A DNA stretch of 64,000 nucleotides, from contig JBBRMA010000015.1 of the NCBI GenBank assembly GCA_038231075.1, positions 35,904 to 99,903 of the forward strand. Reading direction: 5' to 3'. This DNA comes from Myxococcales bacterium (GTDB lineage Bacteria > Myxococcota > Myxococcia > Myxococcales > 40CM-4-68-19). The position numbers and the translations under genes were made by a program. The first letter of the stretch is position 1; each line of letters starts with the position of its first letter. This document shows, in pieces, positions 58,881-64,000 of the stretch. The notes beneath the pieces are model-generated. The model had not been told where the DNA came from, made no database searches, and saw only the letters and a list, made by a program, of their open reading frames with translations.

Positions 58881-59492
58881 TTACGGCAGGTCGCCGTTCC
58901 GCAGCAGCTGCTCGAGCAGCGGCAAGAGGCGCTGCACCGCGCGGCCGCGGTGGCTGAGCTTGTTCTTCTCGGCGGTCGCGAGCTCGGCCAGGGTGCGGCC
59001 CGGCGTCTCGTCGGGGACGAAGATGGGGTCGTAGCCAAAGCCATTGGCGCCGAAGGGTGCGCCGGCGATGGTGCCCTCGACGCGGCCTTCGGAGCGAAAG
59101 AGGCGCTGGCCGTCGGGCGAGACGAGCGCCAGGGCGCACTCGAAGTGCGCGGCGCGCCGGCCTTCGGGCGTGCGCAGGAGGGCCGCGAGCAGCTTGGTGC
59201 GCCGCTCGGCGTCGGTCGGCGCATACCGCGCGCTGTGCAGGCCGGGCGCTCCCCCGAGCGCATCGACGCAGAGGCCGCTGTCGTCGCCGAGCGTCCACAG
59301 ACCCGACTTGAGCGCGCTCTGCCGCGCCTTCTCGGCAGCGTTCTCGGCGAAGGTGGAGCCGGTCTCGTCGGGCGCGGGCAGCTTCAAGTCGGCGAGCGAG
59401 ACGAGCCTCGCCCCTTCGGGCAGCGCGGGCCCGAGCAGCTCGACGAACTCGCGCACCTTGCCCGGGTTCGAGGTCGCGACCAGCAGCTTCAC
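58881..59492 (-). CDS. rdgB: dITP/XTP pyrophosphatase (Ham1/RdgB family)
   Basis: 203 aa. '[14 protein letters not shown]', '[16 protein letters not shown]' and 'GFGYDPIF'. Confidence 0.9.
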   Translation of the reverse strand: MKLLVATSNPGKVREFVELLGPALPEGARLVSLADLKLPAPDETGSTFAENAAEKARQSALKSGLWTLGDDSGLCVDALGGAPGLHSARYAPTDAERRTKLLAALLRTPEGRRAAHFECALALVSPDGQRLFRSEGRVEGTIAGAPFGANGFGYDPIFVPDETPGRTLAELATAEKNKLSHRGRAVQRLLPLLEQLLRNGDLP

Positions 59493-60211
59493 TTGGCCGC
59501 TCCGGAGACGATCGCCTTGGCGATGGCCGCGAGCTGCTCCTTGTGCAGCCCCGTGCAGCCCTTCTGCGCCAGCTCGACCATGGCGGCGAGCTGCACCGGC
59601 GTGAACGGGCGCCGCTCGGCCGTGCCCTGCACCTCGAGCAGCTCGCCGGCGGCGTTGGAGACCACGTTCAGGTCCACCTCGGCCGTCGAGTCCTCCTCGT
59701 AGTCGAGGTCGAGCAGGAGCTCGCCCTTGACGATGCCGACGCTCACCGCCGCGACGGGCGGACGCAGTGCCTTTTCGCGCCGCATGCGCTTCAACGCGAG
59801 CGCCAGCGCGACGTACGAGCCGGTGATGGCCGCGGTGCGCGTGCCGCCGTCGGCCTGGAGGACGTCGCAGTCGATGAGCACCTGCCGCTCGCCCATCGCC
59901 GCCAGGTCAACCGAGGCGCGCAGCGAACGCCCGATGAGCCGCTGGATCTCCTGCGTGCGCCCGCTCTGCTTGCCGCGCGCCGCCTCGCGATCGGTGCGCG
60001 TGTGCGTCGCGCGCGGGAGCATCCCGTACTCGGCGGTCACCCAGCCGCGGCCCGAGCCCTTGACGTGCTGGGGCACCTTCTCCTCGGCGCTGGCGGTGCA
60101 GAGGACCCGTGTCATGCCGCAAGAGATGAGCACGCTGCCCTCGGCGTACTCGGTGAAATCGGGGACGATGGTGATCGCTCGGAGCTGGTCCGAGGCGCGG
60201 TCTTTTCGCAT
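59489..60211 (-). CDS. rph: ribonuclease PH
   Basis: 240 aa from the ATG at 60211. '[17 protein letters not shown]', '[14 protein letters not shown]' and '[18 protein letters not shown]'. The stop overlaps the rdgB start. The ORF-track extension to 60385 was rejected. Confidence 0.9.
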   Translation of the reverse strand: MRKDRASDQLRAITIVPDFTEYAEGSVLISCGMTRVLCTASAEEKVPQHVKGSGRGWVTAEYGMLPRATHTRTDREAARGKQSGRTQEIQRLIGRSLRASVDLAAMGERQVLIDCDVLQADGGTRTAAITGSYVALALALKRMRREKALRPPVAAVSVGIVKGELLLDLDYEEDSTAEVDLNVVSNAAGELLEVQGTAERRPFTPVQLAAMVELAQKGCTGLHKEQLAAIAKAIVSGAAK

Positions 60212-60221
60212 GGGCGGGGCT

Positions 60222-61121
60222 CTACCGCGTCGCGGGCAGGCCGGCAACTGCGGGGACAACAGAGCCCCCGGGCTTCGGCTCGTCCCGCGCTGGCGCCTTG
60301 GCCTTGGCCACGACGGTGTCGCTCTGGCCCGCGCCCAGCCTGCGCGAGAGCACCTTGTCGGCGAACTGCCGCACGGCGAATCCAAGCGCTGCGGCGATCT
60401 GCTGCTGGTAGGAGTCCTTGCCCAGCCGCCGCCCCTCGGCCGGGTGGGAGATGAAGCCGATCTCGACCAGCGCCGCCGGCATCTTCAGCGCGCTCAGAAC
60501 CAGGAAGGGCGCCTGGCGGACGCCGCGGCCGGTGGCGCGCAGGGTCTTGACCATCGCGTGCTGGACCAGCTCGGCGAGCGCTGCGCTGTCGTTGCGCGCC
60601 TGCCCGAGCTGCAGATCGGCGAGCAGGCCCGTGACGGGGTCCGCGCCCTTGGGCGAAGGCAGCGAAGCAGGGCCGCCGTTCTCCATCTCGGCGAGCAGCT
60701 TTGCCTCGGCGTCGGTCGGATCGGGCGAGAGGAAATAGGTCTCGACGCCCTGGGTCGTCTTGCGGTCTTCGGAGGTCGCCATCGAGTTGCAGTGGATGGA
60801 CAAGAAGAGGTCGGCGTCGGCCTCGTTGGCCAGCGTGGCGCGCGCCGAGAACGGCAGGTCGACGTCGTCCTCGCGGGTCAAGAGCACCGTCGCGCCGGCG
60901 GCTTCGAGCACCAGCTTGACCTTCTTGGCGACGTCGAGCGCGATGGTCTTTTCCACCAGCCCGCCCCGGCCGCGCGCGCCCTCGTGCGGGTGGGCGCCGC
61001 CGTGGCCCGGGTCGACCACGACCACCAAGGCGCGTTCGTCGCTCGAGGCAAGGGCCTGGCGGGGCAGGGCGGCCAAGGCTGCAAGGGCCAGCCCGGTCGC
61101 AATGGAAGAGCGCGTGCGCAC
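60222..61121 (-). CDS. N-acetylmuramoyl-L-alanine amidase (Amidase_3 family)
   Basis: 299 aa with a signal peptide. '[10 protein letters not shown]', 'LFLSIHCNS' and '[10 protein letters not shown]'. Confidence 0.85.
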   Translation of the reverse strand: MRTRSSIATGLALAALAALPRQALASSDERALVVVVDPGHGGAHPHEGARGRGGLVEKTIALDVAKKVKLVLEAAGATVLLTREDDVDLPFSARATLANEADADLFLSIHCNSMATSEDRKTTQGVETYFLSPDPTDAEAKLLAEMENGGPASLPSPKGADPVTGLLADLQLGQARNDSAALAELVQHAMVKTLRATGRGVRQAPFLVLSALKMPAALVEIGFISHPAEGRRLGKDSYQQQIAAALGFAVRQFADKVLSRRLGAGQSDTVVAKAKAPARDEPKPGGSVVPAVAGLPATR

Positions 61122-61179
61122 GGATGTAAATTACCAGAGTCGCCGGGGGCGCGTCAGGCGCCGCGAGTCCTACAGTCCG

Positions 61180-61389
61180 CTACGCCGGCCCGAGGAAGTG
61201 CTCGCGCATCTTGCGCGCCGTGTCGGGGCTGACGATGAGGATGCCGATGTAGATGACCGCGCAGACCACGGCCATCTTGAGGAGCAGGCCGAGGAAGAAG
61301 CTCGCGATCCCGGCGACACCGAGCACCACGCGCAGCCCGGTCAGACCGGCGACGATCACCACCGCGAAGAAAATGAAGCCTCGACCCAT
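61180..61389 (-). CDS. small (69 aa) two-helix membrane protein, hypothetical
   Basis: The ATG at 61389 is preceded by GGAGG with about 6 nt of spacing. 'MGRGFIFFAVVIVAGLTGL...MAVVCAVIYIGILIV' is strongly hydrophobic. Confidence 0.5.
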   Translation of the reverse strand: MGRGFIFFAVVIVAGLTGLRVVLGVAGIASFFLGLLLKMAVVCAVIYIGILIVSPDTARKMREHFLGPA

Positions 61390-61474
61390 GTGAACCTCCA
61401 CCTCCTCGTACGGACGACCGACCCCTCGATTTCACGCGTTGGGGCCACCCGCGCGCTGGGCTATGCTCGATCGC

Positions 61475-62869
61475 ATGCGCTTGCTTCGTCGCTTCCTGTC
61501 CGCGGCCGCGGCCGCCGTGCTCTGCGCCGCTTGCGGCTCCACACCGGGCCTCGAGCTCACCGTGACTCCAGGCAGCGTCGCGGGAGATGGTGCCTCGCCC
61601 ATCACTGTCCTCGCCAAGCTGACCCAGTCGGGCACGCCGGTGGGCGGCAGCGTGCATCTGGTGACCACCTTCGGTCGCTTCAAGGACGCCACCTCCGGCG
61701 ACCCCACCGTCTTCGACTCGACCGACGGCAACGCCGTCATCATCGCCCCTCGCCGTGGCCGCGGCACGCTCGAGGTCACGGCCACCGCTTCGCTCGACGG
61801 CACGGCGCTGACCAAGACGGTCTCGGTCACCTTGACTCCCTCCGGCGGCCTGGCCAACTCGGTGACTTTCTCCTGCGCCAAGCAAAACATCGGCGCCTTC
61901 GTCACCGGGCGGACCGATCCGATCCACGTGCTCTGCATCGCCCAGGCTCTCGACGCAAACAAGAAGGTCATCCCCAACGCGTCGATCGAGACCATGGCGG
62001 AGGCGGGCAGCCTCGACTGGCAGACCGATCCGGTCAGCGGCGTGCAGTTCCTCGTCTACAGCGTGGCAGTCGGGGCCGCCCCGCCCAAAGACGTCGACCC
62101 CTTCGACGCCTCGGGCAAGCCGGTCACCTGCCCCTCGGCCTGCATCGCCGACCCGTCGTCCAACGGCTGCATCGAGCCCTGCTGGATCGACAGCGGCCAG
62201 ACGCACAACCCGCGCGACGGCCTCGCCACGCTGGTGGTGGCGGTGCCCGGCGTCAGCTCCTTCGACGACCAGGGCGAGCCCTTCGTCGATGCCGACGACA
62301 GCGGCCTGCGCGAGGCCGGCGAGGCCTACATTGATTATAATGGCAACGGCAAATACGACCCGCCCAGCGGGGTTCAGCAAACGAGGATGATCTGGAAGGC
62401 GCTGCGCATCGTCTGGAGCGGCGACGCGGACACCAGCGCCACGCCGCACGGCTCGAAGTTCATCTCGGTGGTGAGCGGCAAGACGGCGACGGTGACGCTG
62501 CAGCTCAACGACAAGAACTTCAACACGCTCGCCGCCGACGGGACCGCGGGCGCCGATCTGACGTCCCTGACCGCCGGCACCTGCACCAATAGCGGCACGC
62601 TGACGATTCCGGCCACCATCCCGCTCAACCAGGACAAGCCCGGGATCAAGCTCAACGCCGCCACCGGCGCCATCGACGGGCCGCAGTTCTCGTCCACCTA
62701 CCGCAACGGCTCCGACTACGCCTTCACGGCCAGCATCGACGCCACCGGCAACATGTGCCCCGTCTCGGCGACCATCGCCCGCGCCTACGATCCGGGCGCG
62801 CCGCCGCTCTTCACCGCCAGCGGCAGCTCGAGCGGCGAGGCGATCTCGGGCTCGCTCAACTTTCCCTGA
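61475..62869 (+). CDS. hypothetical lipoprotein (N-terminal Ig-like region)
   Basis: The start was trimmed to 'MRLLRRFLSAAAAAVLCAACGS' (lipobox). The composition is protein-like, with several Cys and a 'DYNGNGKYD' motif. No family was recognised. Confidence 0.6.
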   Translation: MRLLRRFLSAAAAAVLCAACGSTPGLELTVTPGSVAGDGASPITVLAKLTQSGTPVGGSVHLVTTFGRFKDATSGDPTVFDSTDGNAVIIAPRRGRGTLEVTATASLDGTALTKTVSVTLTPSGGLANSVTFSCAKQNIGAFVTGRTDPIHVLCIAQALDANKKVIPNASIETMAEAGSLDWQTDPVSGVQFLVYSVAVGAAPPKDVDPFDASGKPVTCPSACIADPSSNGCIEPCWIDSGQTHNPRDGLATLVVAVPGVSSFDDQGEPFVDADDSGLREAGEAYIDYNGNGKYDPPSGVQQTRMIWKALRIVWSGDADTSATPHGSKFISVVSGKTATVTLQLNDKNFNTLAADGTAGADLTSLTAGTCTNSGTLTIPATIPLNQDKPGIKLNAATGAIDGPQFSSTYRNGSDYAFTASIDATGNMCPVSATIARAYDPGAPPLFTASGSSSGEAISGSLNFP

Positions 62870-62988
62870 AGAGACGGGCATCCACCATGGGCGATCGACT
62901 GTCTGCTGAGAACTCCCAACTCGAGACGCGTCCGGTCGGCAGCCGATCGCCGATGGCCGACGGCCGTCCTCGTGGTCACCTTGCAGTC

Positions 62989-63783
62989 ATGTTGCGTCCC
63001 TCGGTAGCGCTCGCAGTCCTGCTCGCCGCCGCGCCAGCCCTGCCCATCGAGCCCCACTATCCCCAGGCCACGCTGCGCGGCTTTCCGGACCTCTCCGACG
63101 AGCACGGCACCAAGATCGCGGATGGCGCGCTCACCCAGTGGGTCGAGAAGGGCAAGCTGCACCTGCGCATGACTTGGGAGTTCGCGGGCGGCAAGCGCGT
63201 CGAGGAGCGCGCGGTGCTCGTGCAGGCCCCGGAGCTGGCGCAGGAGAGCTGGTCGTTCGAGGAGCGCGAAGGCGGCGACGTCACCCGCCGCTTCGACATC
63301 GACTTCCTCGAGGGCCGCGCCGCCGGCAGCAAGCTCGACGACAAGGGCAAGCCGCAGGGCTGGTCGAAGAAGATCGACATCAAGCCGGGCAAGACGTTCG
63401 CGGGCCTTGGCTTCAACCTCGCCGCCTCTGCGCTCTACGATCGGCTCAAAGAAGGCGAGAAGATCGAGCTCGAGGGCGTCATCTTCATGCCCCAGCCGCA
63501 CGTCGGCTCGGTCGAGCTGTCGATCGTGGGCCAGCGCACGCTAAAGCGCGGCGGCAAGTCGCTCACCGCCGACGTGGTCAAAATCCACCCGAAGGTGCCT
63601 TGGCCGATCAACAAGATCGTCGGCGCCCGCGACATCGAGCTCTGGTACTTCCACGGCTCGCCGCCGCAGCTGCTGCGCGCCCTGATGCCGCTGGCCGAGC
63701 TGAAGGACCCGATGGTGCGCATCGACGTGCTGCCCGGCGGCACGAAGTTGTCAAAGCCCGCCGCCCGCCGCGCCGACGACTAG
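62989..63783 (+). CDS. hypothetical secreted protein
   Basis: The start was trimmed to 'MLRPSVALAVLLAAAPA' (signal peptide). The composition is balanced (K/E/W/F). No family was recognised. Upstream in-frame starts at 62887 and 62755 are possible. Confidence 0.55.
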   Translation: MLRPSVALAVLLAAAPALPIEPHYPQATLRGFPDLSDEHGTKIADGALTQWVEKGKLHLRMTWEFAGGKRVEERAVLVQAPELAQESWSFEEREGGDVTRRFDIDFLEGRAAGSKLDDKGKPQGWSKKIDIKPGKTFAGLGFNLAASALYDRLKEGEKIELEGVIFMPQPHVGSVELSIVGQRTLKRGGKSLTADVVKIHPKVPWPINKIVGARDIELWYFHGSPPQLLRALMPLAELKDPMVRIDVLPGGTKLSKPAARRADD

Positions 63784-63934
63784 TCCAGTTGGAGCGAACC
63801 CTGCGGGTTCCTCTCAGCCAGCAAGCTGTCTGAGCCTCCCCTCCGCCACGGCCGGATTCCCGGCCGGGCCGCGCCGTGCGCGTCCTGGGTGGGGAACGAC
63901 TTCCGGACACGCCTGGCTCCGAATCAACTCACCG

Positions 63935-64000
63935 CTAGAACTGCCGCAGGTAGCCGCGCTGGATGAGGGCCGAGAGCTTCTGGCTCACTTCCAGGTCGCT
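63935..64000 (-). CDS. 3' end of an unidentified gene running into the window edge
   Basis: Hand translation of the minus strand gives '...SDLEVSQKLSALIQRGYLRQF*'. Third codon positions are G/C-rich. Only 21 codons are visible. Confidence 0.3.
   Translation of the reverse strand, partial: SDLEVSQKLSALIQRGYLRQF

Overview
Very GC-rich bacterial DNA (judged by eye, not computed). The gene content looks Myxococcota-like: a short OPX protein next to a predicted beta-barrel, a kinase-less PCP, many lipoproteins and Asp-box propellers. The taxon is inference only.

Bases 1 to about 58.3 kb read as one continuous cell-surface polysaccharide island of the Wzy-dependent type. It contains:
- 9 glycosyltransferases: 4 paralogous GT2, 4 GT4 and 1 GT-C/DUF2029-like.
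- A Wzy-like polymerase, and an export set of short Wza-like OPX, predicted outer-membrane beta-barrel and PCP.
- 4 AT3 and 2 hexapeptide acyltransferases, plus a pyruvyl transferase.
- Redox tailoring enzymes: GMC oxidoreductase, aldo/keto reductase, two PhyH-like dioxygenases and a di-haem peroxidase.
- Nucleotide-sugar genes: an RmlC-like epimerase, an SDR epimerase, and ugd with uxs (the UDP-xylose route).
- Exported glycan-processing proteins: two GH30 paralogs, a GH44, three Asp-box propeller lipoprotein paralogs and an SGNH-discoidin lipoprotein.

Two giant lipoprotein genes dominate 39-53 kb. One is a 1594-aa protein with 14 tandem Ig-like repeats and a GH30 domain. The other is a 2393-aa protein built from a thrice-repeated unrecognised ~215-aa module interleaved with Ig-like repeats, followed by a PQQ-like propeller, three ASH-like (choice-of-anchor-D-like) domains and an L-type lectin.

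The most unusual items are that 2393-aa protein, a GH30 domain fused to an HTTM-like polytopic membrane domain, and a run of five consecutive lipoprotein genes (36.9-54.0 kb).

Bases 58.4-64 kb are housekeeping: a four-tRNA cluster, rdgB, rph, a cell-wall amidase and hypothetical lipoproteins. No CRISPR array, transposase, integrase or phage gene was seen. No Wzx flippase, priming phosphoglycosyl transferase or BY-kinase lies in the window.

Many long ORFs in the six-frame track are high-GC shadow ORFs and were rejected. All family calls come from motif reading only, with no database search.
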